Shown: in pieces, positions 36,446 through 49,160 of the stretch
How positions within the stretch are numbered: the first letter of the stretch is position 1
Layout: each line of letters opens with the position of its first letter
NCBI GenBank assembly: GCA_043228905.1
Contig: JBHGNT010000014.1
Location: 12,772,001 to 12,836,000, forward strand
Direction: 5' to 3'
Origin: Azolla caroliniana
Lineage: Eukaryota > Plantae > Polypodiophyta
Length of the DNA: 64,000 nt
Made by a program: the position numbers and the translations under genes
The notes under the pieces: model-generated
What the model was told of the DNA's origin: nothing
Seen by the model: the letters and a program-made list of their open reading frames with translations, nothing else
Databases searched by the model: none

Positions 36446-38571
36446 ATGAAAGGGTCGGATCTTGCGGAGGCCATGGCTTCGGCAGTGGATCGGATATTGA
36501 GCGCACGCGAGGGCACCAACGCCCTCGATAGAGCCATTGAGGCGGTCGTCGGTACGATCGGCCGATTCAGCGGAAAGGACACCACGAAGTATTTGGCATC
36601 CTACGGGGCAGAAATGCTGATGCGGGACATTCCAGAAGAGAGGCGTCTTGCCGGGTTCCTCGAGTGGCGATGCCGAGCATCCATGCGGAGGTGCTCGAGG
36701 TGCGGGCGGAGAGCCGTACCTGGGAGGAGTTCGAAGGTCGACTCCTAGAAAAATACGGGCTGGACGACACGCTCCGGCTTTCGAAACGGGACTTCATGGA
36801 GTGGGTGGAGTCCCCTGGCAAGGGAAGAAACGCGTCGGCACTCCTCCGGGAGTTCGAAGAACGCTTTGCGCGCCTTTCGGCGCTTGACCGAACCGTTCTG
36901 GATACGAGCCGGGTCCTACTGTTCGTCAAGTCGGTGGACGAGCGGGACCGGGATCAAGTCGGCTCCTTGTTGGAAACCGAAGACGGGCTGACGACCGACT
37001 GGGCTGCGGTTAAGAGAGTTTGTGGCCGTTTTGACAAACGGCGAGAATGGGCTGACAACGGGGCGGCTGGTGCGGGCTCTGTCACAGCAAGGAGGCTTGA
37101 ACCAGCACCACGAGGGCGAAGGGAAGAAACCCCGGAATGGCTCGAAACCGGTCCGGTTTCGACCGGCATGGTCAGTGGCTCGTCCGGAGGAGCAGCGCTG
37201 GAGGAGTTGACGCGGGCGATAAAGGATCTCCAGATCGCCCAGACTCGAAGGGAAGGCGGCGAACCGGCTCATGACCGACGGCCAGTAGCAGGGAACAAAT
37301 GCATGTGGTGTGACGAGGTCGGCCACATCCGGAAGGACTGCGGCGATTTCGCAGAAGCGTTGAGGAATCGGGTGGTGTACCTGTGGGAAGGCCGGGTGCA
37401 CGCCGGCGACACCAGAAGGGCCCTAAACCGAAACGATGGGCGAGGAGGAATGAAGAGACTGATGGAAGAGGCAGCGGCCCGACACGTGGAGGCCATCCAC
37501 TACTCGGCGTCGGCCGGCATTCGGGTCGGGGGCAGCGAGGCCCGAAAGGAGGGCAAAGACGGATTCTGGTCGGCAATGCTGGAAGGTCTTGCCGGCGCGC
37601 GGCTAAGGAAAGATGAAACGGACCGCGCTGAGAGACGGGTCCGGGAAATAACCGGGTGGAGCGATCCGGTCGAGGAGAAGAAAGGCTTCGTAGAAGCCGC
37701 CTGCCGGAACTACGAGGCTCTGGTAGAAGACAAACGAGTGGGGAAAGTCGGAGCGGCCGGGCCCTCACAACGGTACGAGACCCGATTCGGGCAACGACGG
37801 AACGATGCCGGTGGGTCCAGCTCGCAAGATAACCCCAGGAAGGGCGGATACCGATTGGGGACGGAAATAGAAAGGACTACGGACCTACGAAAGGTCCTAG
37901 AAGAACGGATCCTCAACAGCAAAGTGGAGCTGTCATTGCGAGAGGTGCTAGGGATCGCCAAGAAGGAGTTCCACGACTCCATTGTGGACCTGGTGAAACG
38001 GAAGAGGCCGTCGACGGAGACGGAACCGGAAAGACCGGTGGAGGTGCGGACGACGCGCATCGACGACATGGCGTTGGAAGATGAGTGGGCGGAGAGCCAC
38101 TATTTAAGGCCGCACTGGGCCCGAGCGACCACGGAGACCCCGGTAAAGATCGGAGATGTTCAGGAACCGGTGGTGGCATTGGTGGACCACGGTTCGGAAA
38201 TAAACCTGATGTCCATGGACTTCTATAAGAAGGGAAAGTGGCCGATCAACACCAAGCACGGGTGGAAGATACGAGCGGCGACGCGCGCCACCGAGGAACT
38301 GCATGGGGCCTGCCCGAACGTGCGAGTCAAGATTGGCGACGTCGAGATTGACCAACACTTCTTCGTACAGGAGACGTCCTCGCACCCGGTCATATTAGGG
38401 GAACCATACATCACGGCGGCGCGGATGGAGACCAAGGTGCTAGACAACGGTTCGGCCTACGCGAGGGTCAAAAGCCAGGATGGGCGCCATTCGGTCCAAT
38501 TTCTAACGGTGCGACCGAACCACGAGCGAAACCGCGAATCCCTCAGTGGCGAGAACCGGGAGGATTTTTAG
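36446..38571 (+). pseudogene. Gypsy C gag-protease ORF (one frameshift near 36660)
   Basis: Starts MKGSDLAEAM...GRFSGKDTTKYL. CMWCDEVGHIRKDC zinc knuckle; aspartic protease ALVDHGSEINLM...VILG. Ends EDF-TAG. Confidence 0.85.
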
Positions 38572-41500
38572 AGAGGGCTGCCGAGGCGTGGGGCCGAGAC
38601 AGCCCGGACACTCGGGAAAGACCCCATAGCTGTACGATAGAACCGAAACCGAAGAAACCCTGTACAATAGGTAGGAAATTTTGCTTCTCCAACAACGGAG
38701 GGTGTATGCTAGTCGGCATTGTTGGCCGAGAAAAGGCAAGGGCGGAAGTGCAACTTTGAGCGCGCGGAGTTCTCGGCCCGGACGAGGAAATCAACGGGGC
38801 CGTGGAGGCGGTCTCCTTCGACGACACCTTGGGGATGCTGGGGAAGGTAGCCGGAGAAGACCTTAACGAAGACCGGTATGTTCTGAAGAGATGTACGAAG
38901 TCATCGCGAACTTCAGCCAGGGACTCCGGTCGGATCGGACGGCCCAAGTTAGCACGAAGTACAAGACTGTGGACCGGAAGGTAAGGCCAGTCGTGGCACC
39001 CTTACCGGAGGGCAGCAAGTCCCGAATCAGAGGGGTTGCGTCGGACCCCAGTTTACGAGATCCGGCCTGCATAGGACACACCTTCACCGACGGGACGCTC
39101 CGGGAGCTCAAGATCGGTGGGGGCGGGTTCCTACTGCCGGCGGAGGAAGACCGGTTTCGGAGAATGCTCGGAAGGCACGGGAAAGCCTTCGCATTCTCGC
39201 CGGAAGAGATTGGGTGCGTAGACCCGACAATCGTGGAGCCGATGGTGATATTTACGGTATCGCATGTGCCGTGGAATCTCAACCCGATTCCGGTACCAAG
39301 AGCTCACATCCCGGAGTTGATGGAGCTATTGAGGCAGAAAGTCGATATGGGTATTCTCGAACCGTCGAGCGCGCCATACTCGAACCGATGGTTTACCGTA
39401 CCAAAGAAAAACGGAACATTGCGCTTCATTCAGGACTTGCAGCCGGTCAACAGAGTGACCATTCGGAACGCAGGAATCGGACCGACCATAGACGAGTTCG
39501 CGGAGGCCTTCGCCGGAAGGTCGATTTACTCGGTCGGTGGTCTGTACTTGGGGTACGACCAGTTCCAGCTAGCCGTGGAGAGCAGAGACATTACGACGAT
39601 GCGAACTCCCCTCGGCCTAGTGCGAATGTGTACCCTGCCACAAGGAGGGACCAACTCGGTGGCCCACATGGTGAATGCAATGAACAAGGTACTGAGGGAT
39701 TGCATCCCGGACATCACCATGCCATTTCTGGACGACATCCCGATAAAGGGGTGCCGGTGGAAGAGAAGGACGAGACAGTCAGGCCGGACGGATGCCGGCG
39801 ATTCGTGGCAACACACATCGACGACTACGAGAAGGTGCTACAAAGGCTAGAGGATGCGAGGCTCACCTTCTCCGGGGAGAAATCGGCCTTTGGGCAATCA
39901 GAAATCCTGGTGGTCGGACACCTGTGTGGACCGTATGGCCGGAAGTCGTCTCCGGCAAAAGTAGAAGCCATCTCCGCGATGAAGACCGACTGTAGCTCGG
40001 TTACTGAAGTTCGGAGGTTCCTGGGGGCATGCACGTTCTACCACATATGGATCCCACATTACGCCCACGTTGCGGAGCCGCTATACGGGTTGCTGAAGAA
40101 AGGGCGAAAATTCGAGTGGCGAGACGAGCACACGGAGTCGGTCCGGAAGCTGAAGGAAGCTCTTGCGGCCGCACTGGCGCTCCGGAAGGCTGACTACGAG
40201 AAGGGTACCCCGGTATACATAACAGTGGATACGAGTCTGACCGGGATCGGATGGGTCGTCAACCAAGAAGACGAGGACGGCATACGGTTCCCGATCCGAT
40301 TCGGCGCGAAGGTCCTCAGTGAGCGACAGCGAGGGTACGCCCAGGTTAAACGCGAACTCTGGGGTATCGTTTCGGCAGTAAAGGCCGACAAAGACTACCT
40401 GATCGGGACAGAAGTGATTATCGAGACGGATTGCCTGCCAATTCTCGGCATGGTTTCCGGATGCGCGACACCGGACCTGGCGATGCTTAGGTGGATAGCG
40501 TACATCAAGTCCCTGGACCCGGAAATACGACACATTTCCGGGAAGGACAACGCCATGGCCGACATGCTTTCGAGGGCGAGGTTTGATGACGAGGGCGGCA
40601 TGGTCTCGGAGGACGAAGAAGTCGGCGTGGACTTCTTCGAGGCGGCGTACGTGACGACCAATGGGACGAGCACTCCGGCACTTAACGACTTTGACGAGAG
40701 CAAGTACGACGGCGAGTGGCTCCAAATCGGTGGTTTCTTGAGGACAATGACGCCGGATGCGTCGTGGATGAGGGACGAGGCCAACCGGATCCGGAAGAAA
40801 GCATACCGCTTCTTCCTCCGGGATGGATACTTATGGAAGCACTCGAAGAAGAGGAACGGCGTCCCGCTCCGGGTGGTGGCGATGAAGGAAGAACAGGAGG
40901 AGCTGCTGACGGCCTACCACGACAGCCCTTGGGCTGCTGGACACCGTGGAACGTGGGCCACGTTTGAGAAGATAAAGGGGAAGTACTGGTGGCCGGGACT
41001 GTACCGGGACGTGCATCGGTTCGTGACAACTTGCGAGAGCTGTCAGATGCACTCCATAGTTCGGCATCGGGACGAGCTTCACCCTACGTACCCTCCGACC
41101 ATCCACTTCAAATGGATGGTAGATCTGGTGACGATGCTGATGGGAGTAGGACAGATGCGGTATCTGGTCCTGGTTCGGGAAGATCTGACGAACTAGGTGG
41201 AAGGCCGAGCCCTTTAGAACAAAACGACCGCGGCTGTATGTCGGTTCCTGATTGAGGACGTGATATGCCGGTACGAGTGCGTCGGGAAGATCGTGGCTGA
41301 TCGCGGGGAGTTGGACGCCGAAGAGGCCGAGGAGCTGTTCGACCGGCTAGGAGTCAAGCTCTCGCTCACCACTGCATACAATCTGGAGGCGAATGGGAAG
41401 GTGGAGCGCGAACACGGACCAATCCTCAAGGCGTTAGTACGGGCATGCGGGGGGCAAGTCGGGAACTGGCCGCGGCTGCTGCCTTACGCGTTGTGGGCTG

Positions 41501-42057
41501 ACCGAACTACGCACAGTTCGGTAACCGGATTCATGCCTGCAGAGCTCATGTTTGGGCAGAAGCCGATCATGCCGATGGAACATACGATCTCCTCGTGGGC
41601 AACCGTGGACTGGAGAGACGAGATGAGCCGGGAGGAACTGCTGGCGGCGCGTATACGACAGCTCGAGCGAAGACCGGAGGACGTGGAGCAGGCTGCGGGA
41701 AAGCTTCGGGTGGCAAGGGCAAGGAACAAAGCCCGGTTCGACCGGACGCACCGGCTCCGACCGAAGAAGATCGAGGAAGGCGACTGGGTGCTAGTCTATG
41801 ACAGCAGCCTCGACAACCAGCACCGAGCAACACGGAAGTTCGCAAGAAGGTGGTTCGGGCCTTACGTGGTACAAAGCGCCAACGACAACGGGACGTACCA
41901 TCTGGCGGAACTCGACGGCACGAGAATGGCGATACCGGTAGCTGGGAAGCGGATCAAAGCGTTCAAGAAGCGTCACGACGACGAGCCGGATCCGGATAAC
42001 CTGGACCGGGACGACGAACGATCCGAAACCGAAGAAGAACCGACGGGCGGGGAATAA
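38568..42057 (+). pseudogene. Gypsy C pol (RT-RNase H-integrase) with a few stops and frameshifts
   Basis: RT ILEPSSAPYSNRWFTVPKKNGTLRFIQDLQPVN and FLDDIPIKG; RNase H ITVDTS...KRELWG...ETDC; integrase H...GHRG...CESCQ, ADRG and NGKVER; C-terminal WFGPY (GPY/F) motif. Confidence 0.9.
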
Positions 42058-45000
42058 AGGTTGGACCGGTTTTCTCCGTCCCAACTCAATTTGGCGCATG
42101 CCGGTGGATGCGCGGTTAGGTGGGGGCGGATGTCGTGAAGAAAACTGTCCACGAGCGGAATCGGTGCGCTGGAGCATAGGAACCGGCTCTTCATGCACGT
42201 ACGCCTTACGTTGTACATAAGAGAGAATTAGGGACATAGAAGATCCTAGGTAGGTAGATTCGGTAGGTAGGAAGTTAATAGGAAACGGCTCCTTCCTGGC
42301 CTATAAAAGGAGGGAGACGAGGAGGGGGAAGAGGATCGCGGAGAGTCGAGGACGAAGTGCTGTCGGTTTGTGGGCGAAGGCTTCTCTCTCTCTCTGGCTC
42401 GCAAACTCCGTAGCTTCTTGCTGTGCAGGTTTCGGGAGGCTCGCGCTGCTCTGAGGAATGCCTGAGTGCTTCCGGCAGCACCTCCAACCTACTCTTTCCT
42501 TTCTGTGCGTTTACGAACAGGCATCGGCATCTGTTCGCCGGCCTGTTCGGTTGTAACCGACTTCGTGTTTTGTTGTTTGTCTCTGTTAATATACACTTAC
42601 ATACCATTGTGCCTCTTTGTGTTGGTTTCCACGCTCGCGTCTTCGTGTCGAAGGGCCGTGTCCCTGTGGATCTACGCCCGCACGTGGTGGGTCCCTTCCC
42701 TTCTCCTTTCCCTATTGCTCTTCGGACCAAGACCCCCGAGGTCCTGCCTCATTCCACGCATCCGCGAGGAATACCTCGACAACGTTCTACTACTCTCTTC
42801 CCGGATTGCTCATGAACCGGCGGACTACTCCGACAACATATGCAATATCCGGCTAGGTGCACACCATTGCATACATTAAGCTTCTGACCACAAAGGCATA
42901 TGGTATCTTCGTCATATTCGACTTCACTGCCTTTGTTTTCGGGCTCTTCTTTCTGGACAACTTGCAATTTGCCGGAAGTGTCGATCCAACCAGTTTCGCC
43001 TTCGACATGTTGAACCTTTGAAGCACATTTGTCACGTACTTCTCCTGTGACAACCACAACAGCTTCTCGGACCGATCCCGGATTATGTGCATCCCTAATA
43101 TCTGTCTTGTCGGACCCAAATCTTTCATTGAGAAAGTCCGGTTTAGGGCCTTCTTCAGCATTTGGATCTTGATTTAGTCTCGTCCAATGATCAACATGTC
43201 GTCCACATATAGTAGGAGTATCAGGAAGTCGCCTCCATAAAATTTCTTCACGAACACTCAGTGGTCAGCTTGCGTCTTGTGGTACCCTTGGTTGGTCATG
43301 AAGGAGTCCAACTTCTGGTACCATTGCCGAGGGGCTTGCTTCAATCCGTATAAGCTATTCTTCAACCGGCACACCAATTGCTCCTTCCCTTTCTTCTCAA
43401 ATCCTTCCGGTTGATGCATGTAGATCTCTTCTTCGAGGTCACCATGTAGGAATGCCGTCTTGACATCCAGTTGCTCTACCTCGAGGTCCATGCTTGCCGC
43501 CATGCCCAATACCGTCCGGATGGATGTCATCTTTACTACCGGGGCGAAGATCTCGTCGAAATCCACTCCTTTCTTCAGTTGGAACCCCTTCACCATTATC
43601 CGGGCTTTGTACCTTGGTGGATTTCCGGCGTCTCCCTATTTTAGCTTGTACACCCACTTGTTCCGGAGTGCCCTCTTTCCTTTCACTAACTCCGTCAGTT
43701 CGTATGTGTGGTTCTCATGTAGGGAATCCATCTCATCGTGCATGGTACTCAACCACTTGCGACTGTGGGTGTCTTTCTTTACTTCTTCAAGGCTTTCCGG
43801 CTCTCCCTCATTGGTCAACAATACGTGCTTTGCATCCGGAAATCTCCGGGGGGTTCTTCTCTCCCTGAGAGGGTATCTCCGCCTTTGGTCTTCAACTACC
43901 GGTTCCTCCATTTGTTCTTCATCCGAATATGATTCGGGGTCTTGTCTGGTTCCGGTGTCTCCTTCTTCTTCTTCTTCTTCTTCTTCGGTCGGTTCGATTT
44001 CTTGTCCGAATCCGGCCAATTCATCGAATGTCAATCTGTTACTGGCTAACTTTTGGTTTTCAACCAGGTAGGTTCTTGTGTCCTCAAACTGGTTTTCATT
44101 GGATGATCCAGAGTTCTTCACCTTCTTCTTTGACTCCTAGTCAGCAATGGTCTTGTCTTCCATGAAGACTATATCCCGACTCCGGAACACCTTCTTGTCG
44201 ACTAGGTCCTACACTCGATAACCAAACTCATCATCGCCGTATCCAAAGAATATGCAAGGCCGGGATTTCCGATCCAACTTTGCTCTCTTGTCCTTTGCAA
44301 CATGCACATATGTGAGACACCCAAACACCTTCAGATGCCGGTAAGACACGTCTTTACCGGTCCATACTCTCTGTGGTGTGTCTCCTTCCAAGGGTGCTGA
44401 GGGTGACCTGTTAATCATGTACGTTGCCTTCATCAGCGCCTCAGCCCAAAACGTCTTGGGTAACTTTGCATGTGCTAGCATGCTTCAAACTCTCTCCATT
44501 ATGGTCCCGTTCATCCATTCGGCCAACCCGTTCAATTCCAGCGTCTTTGGCACGGTGAATTCAAACCAAATTCCCTTTGACCGACAGTACTCCTCGACCT
44601 GCCCCCGGTATTCTCCTCTGTTATCTGCTCGAACCGCCTTCAGCTTCCGACCGGTTTCTCTTTCTACTATTGCATGGAGCTCCTCAAAGACAAACAGAGA
44701 ACCACAACTTTCGGTTGTGGTCTTCTATGAACGTCACGAAGTACTACGATCCGGCATGTGACTTCGTGTCGACTTGACACACATCGGTATGCACCAGTTC
44801 CAGTGGTGCATTCTGTCTCATCGGTGGTCTTGACAGGAAGGAGGTTCGGTTTTGTTTGCTGGCCAAGCAATCAGTGCACTTATGAAGAAGCACGTCTTTC
44901 ACCTCCAGAATGAGGTTATCTTCGGCAAGTCTTCTCATCCCCTTCTAGTCATGTGGCACAGTCTCTTGTGCCACAACTCATTGGCAGTGTAAGAATGCTA

Positions 45001-46305
45001 TGTTCACTTCTTCCTGGAATATCCGGGCCTGCATGAGGTATAGTGTGTTGATCTTCTAGGCTTGAGCCACAATCAAGCTTCCCTTGCTGAACTTCATGAA
45101 TCCGTTCTGGATGCTACCCGTGTAGCCTTCATCATCTAGTTGACTGGCCGATATTAGGTTCAACCGAACCTCCAGAACGTGTCGGACATCCTTCAACAAC
45201 AACTTGCATCCGGTTGATGTCGTCAACAACACATCTCCTATGCCAATGATTCGGCAGATCCATTACCCAGCTGGACACAACCGTGATCTTCAGCTGTGTA
45301 GGATGAGAAGTATCTCCGGTCCGGTGTCAGGTAGAACACAACTCTGGAATCGACAACCCACATTGTCTCGTCACCGACAAGGTTTAACTCATTCTCCTCG
45401 GTGATGAGCAGCAGTTCTTTTTCACTTGTCGCGATTTCCAAGCTTCCCTTCCTATCTGAGCCTTTCCGGTCTGAACCGTTCCGATTCAAACCTTCTTTGA
45501 ATCGGCACTGTCGGTTCCTTTCTCTTTCTGGAAATGCCAACAGTTTTTCTAGAAGTGCCCTGGCTTCCCACAATAGAAGCAAGTAGGCCTCCCCCTTGAC
45601 TTCGACCTTGTCCCCGAATTTTCCCGGTTCTGGGGACTCCGGTACCGGTTTCTCCCTCGGTTATGGTTATCTTCCGCAACCAAGGCCTTCGGGTCGGTTC
45701 CGGATTCCCGGTCCTTCTGGCGAGCTTCTTCATATAGCATGCTTGACTTCACTCTTGCTAGGGTTAGTTGCGTTCCTTTCAGTCCGGCGTTGCCCAAAGT
45801 GACAACTAGCGTCTCCCAACTATCCGGGAGGGAACCGAGGAGGAGCATTGCAAGTACCTCGTCGGCCAGAGGTACTTCAAGCGAAGTTGTTTGATTTATG
45901 AACCCCTGAAATGCATTTATGTGCTCTACCATGTTGGATCCGTCCTGGTACCGGAGTCTCACTAACTTTCGGAATACCGAAACCTGATTTACGACGTTTT
46001 TACTCTCCAACATGGTGCCGATTTTTTCACAGAGCACATGAGCCTTACTTTCTTCATTGAAGTTATTGTACAAGCTCATGTCGATGAAGCACCGTATGTA
46101 TGCCGTCGTCTTCATGTGCATCACCTCCCATGTCACGACATCGATCTTATCCGGTTTCTTGTCCCCGAACTATACCGACAACCAGAGATCTTTGACCACA
46201 AGCACGTCCCTCATCTTCGACTTCCACACTGGGTAGTTGGAGTCGATGAACATGAACATGCTTCCGAATGAATCTTCCATTTTCTTGTTTGTTCTGATAC
46301 GAGAT

Positions 46306-46541
46306 TGACGCGGAAATGACACTTGGTCACAACCGAGTCTTAAAACAGTGAATGGAAGAGAGCAAACTGAAAATAAGATGACACAGAATGTTAATGTGGA
46401 AAACCCTAATTGGGAAAAAGCATGGGAGCCCACAGACTCCAACTATCACTATGAGGGGAGGAATACAATGTGAGACTCAGAGGCAACGACCTCGAGCTCT
46501 ATGTCTTCGCCAGCCGGCGGTTACAATAGAAACTAGTTCTG

Positions 46542-46579
<38 letters not shown>

Positions 46580-46893
46580 ACACTCTGTGTACAATGATGA
46601 TACAACCACTACTACACCATATTTTCTTACCATAAAGTGATTGCCCTAAGTCATATTTATACTTATATGACTTTTGGGCTATTTGCAAATATAACCTCAA
46701 TAGGCTAACCATGAAACATATTTACACATTATGTCCTTCGATCCGGTTTGCACCGGATCCATCCGAATTCACTCGATCCGGTTTCCGGGTCTCATCCGGA
46801 ACCCTTATGGATCCGGTTCCTTCATCCGACTCGTCCGATCTGGCTCCTCTGGTTCTCATCCAGATCCCATATGGAGGGATCGCATTCCTAATA
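46306..46893 (-). repeat. 5' LTR of Copia B
   Basis: Homologous to 29285-29857 with several percent divergence and a longer CT tract; followed by TSD GAAAG. Confidence 0.9.
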
Positions 46894-47512
46894 GAAAGGA
46901 GGAAACCAGAAAGGCAGGTAATGGCACTAGACAAGGAGCCGGAGAGAAGGAAATTAAAATAGGGGAGACAAGAAGAAAAAGGAAGTTGAGTCGACTGAAG
47001 AAGTCGGCACATCCGATAAAGTCGGGACAAGCGGCGACGACGACAGAGTCAAGAAGGACAGAGCCAACCAGAAGAAGAAGGCCAAGACCCGGACATGGTT
47101 TGATGTGGTAAAGGGCTTGAAGACTGATGACGAATTAGAGACAGCTAATTCAGACAAGAGTTGGAGTGAATCGGATGCACCCGATTCAGAAGAGGTGGTT
47201 AATTCGGATGAGTCGGATCAACTCAATGCCAAATGGACGAGGAGGAAATGGAAATGGACACCGATACGGAGGGACTGACGGGTCGAGGAGCGCTAAAGTC
47301 GCAATAGTGAAGGAGATGTGAAGGGCCTTATGAGCAAACAAGCCGATTGAGAAGGTCGAGGAGCGCGGAACCGGACAGGTCGAGGAAAGCATGACCGGAC
47401 CGGATGAGGAGCGCGAGCTAGGCAGGAGCACGCAAGGTGGAGCCGAAGGAAAGGATCGACAGACATAGACACTGGCACTACGATTCGACCTCAACTTGAG
47501 CTTGAGGGGGAG

Positions 47513-47923
47513 TGTTGAACGGACAAGCTCAACCGGATCCAGATCGGAGTCCAGAACGAAGAACTGGATCGGTATTCGGACTCTGGATCGTATCCGGAAC
47601 CAGGAGCCGGATCGGATTGTAACCAGTACGCCGTTAGGCGCCTACGAATCTAGCCTAGTGCGTAGGCATATTTTTAGGAGTCAGGCTCAGTCTCTCGTAT
47701 GAGCATTGAAGTACATGTCAGTACTTCTGTCAGTCCTTTTAAGGACTTGTATAAAAGTGCTCACAGAGCACATTGTATGTACTGAGTGTTATTATTTTGA
47801 ATTGATTTTACTATTCTGCTTTCTCTGTCTCTGTGATTCAAGCTTCCATTAAACCTTGTCTCTGTTTTCTGTTGCCATCTGGATAAACCGGTTTGTCAAA
47901 GCTTCCGCATATTAACTTTGACA
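47513..47923 (+). repeat. 3' LTR of Copia D
   Basis: Preceded by a PPT. Shares gagcattgaagtac.tgtcagtactt.tgtcagtcc and ccattaaacctt with the LTR at 56308-56690. Confidence 0.78.
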
Positions 47924-48223
47924 CTCTTCATTGCTGATGTTTATCTGAGCCTCTTGTCGTTCCTTCATCTGTTCGACTGCCCTGCGCCTTCTCTCCCTCT
48001 CGTAAGCTTTGAGCTCCAACGTCAGTTGCAGTTGATCGTCCCCAAATTCCTCCAATAACTTCCGGACCTGATCTATTTGTACCTGGGCCATAGCATAAAA
48101 ATCATTTGACAACTCCTCCCAGATGGTGATGATGCTTCTTGGTCCATTTTATAAAAATCTTCATCGGATTTCTTCTGGTTCTCCGCATCAACGCAGAGTA
48201 TTTGAATTGCAACCGCTTGTTTC

Positions 48224-49160
48224 TGTCACGGACACACAGGGCGGGATGGCGAGGGTACGATCCATAAGGCTACGAATGTGGAATTGAAAGTGACGAGGCT
48301 AGGAACTCTAGAAGTTGTGAGTGATGAGACTATGAACTTAGGAAGCTATGGAGAGCATGAAGACATAGATGAAGAAGGAGACAATATGACACGAAACAAG
48401 AATACTAGATTGATATGTCAATGACTGGTGTTGAATCCCCTGAAAGGGACTAAGGAGGTTATGAAAAGAATAACGTGGAATATTGCTCGGCCACAACTGA
48501 GTCTTAAACACTTCTCTGAGAATGAGACATAGAAATGGGAAGTGGAGAGTACACAAAGGAAATACACCAGATGTTTACGTGGAAAACCCTAAATGGGAAA
48601 AACCATGGGAGCCCACTGACTCCAACTATCACTATAGGAGAAAGGTACAATTAGAGCCTCGGAGGCAACGACCTCAAGCTCTGTATCTTCGCCAATTGGC
48701 GGTTACAACAGAGTGTTGCTTTGTATCTCACTCTAGTGATTGCCCTAAGTCATATTTATACTTATATGAACTTAGGGCTATTTACAAATATAGCCTCAAT
48801 AGGCTTACTCAAAACATATTTACAGATATGTCTTCTCTTACGGTTCTCACCGACTATCTTCTGGTTCTCACCGGGTCCTCATTATTCATCACCGGATCCC
48901 ATCCGGAGAGACCGATTTCCCAATAGGTTACAAGTATTTATACGGTGAGTTGAAGTACATGCATTAGAATATTCTAGAACCCTCTAGTTCTAGAACTTTC
49001 TAAAAACTCCTAAAACTTGAAATAGATAATCTAGTAATAATATACTAAATATACATAACATAACAATGTATTTGGATGTTTTGGCTAGAACATAACACTT
49101 GACTATATACAAGAGGTGAAGAGTTCAAATCTTGACATGACTATTGTTATGTCTGTGTCA
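48224..49160. mobile_element. Solo LTR (outer), itself interrupted by another solo LTR
   Basis: TGTCA...GTCA termini with 5-bp TSD GTTTC at 48219-48223 and 49161-49165. Confidence 0.75.
48462..48925 (-). mobile_element. Solo LTR of a Copia B-related family
   Basis: Shares acgtggaaaaccct, ggcaacgacctc and gccctaagtcatat blocks with the B LTRs. TSD GGTTA at 48457-48461 and 48926-48930. Confidence 0.88.

Larger units (their letters stand above)
35752..42781 (+). mobile_element. Ty3/Gypsy element C, full-length and mildly decayed, no chromodomain, inserted in the RT/RNase H region of Copia B
   Basis: 651-bp TGTCG...CGACA LTRs at 35752-36402 and 42131-42781 (about 7 transitions by eye). PBS at 36406; PPT ggttaggtgggggcgga. 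Domain order Gag-PR-RT-RH-IN. Flanks GTGT/ACGT are consistent with a 4-bp TSD. Confidence 0.95.
29285..46893 (-). mobile_element. Copia element B (Tnt1/Tork-like), full-length but decayed, interrupted by elements A and C
   Basis: LTRs 29285-29857 and 46306-46893; 5-bp TSD GAAAG on both sides; degenerate Met-i PBS at 46291-46302. Gag ATG at 46280. Gag-PR-IN-RT-RH remnants with stops and frameshifts lie in 46280-42782, 35751-35414 and 30088-29868. Confidence 0.92.
28870..47923 (+). mobile_element. Copia element D (5'-truncated host of the nest): RNase H end 28870-29284, 3' region 46894-47512, 3' LTR 47513-47923
   Basis: Plus-strand [26 protein letters not shown]...[17 protein letters not shown]. 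Sequence resumes after element B and parallels element F at 61340-61550. PPT ttgagggggag precedes a TGTTGA LTR that resembles F's LTR. Confidence 0.8.

Noticed and set aside
30982-44761. Numerous antisense and alternate-frame ORFs over the retroelements
   Set aside because: Shadow ORFs expected in GC-rich pol sequence; no independent motifs.
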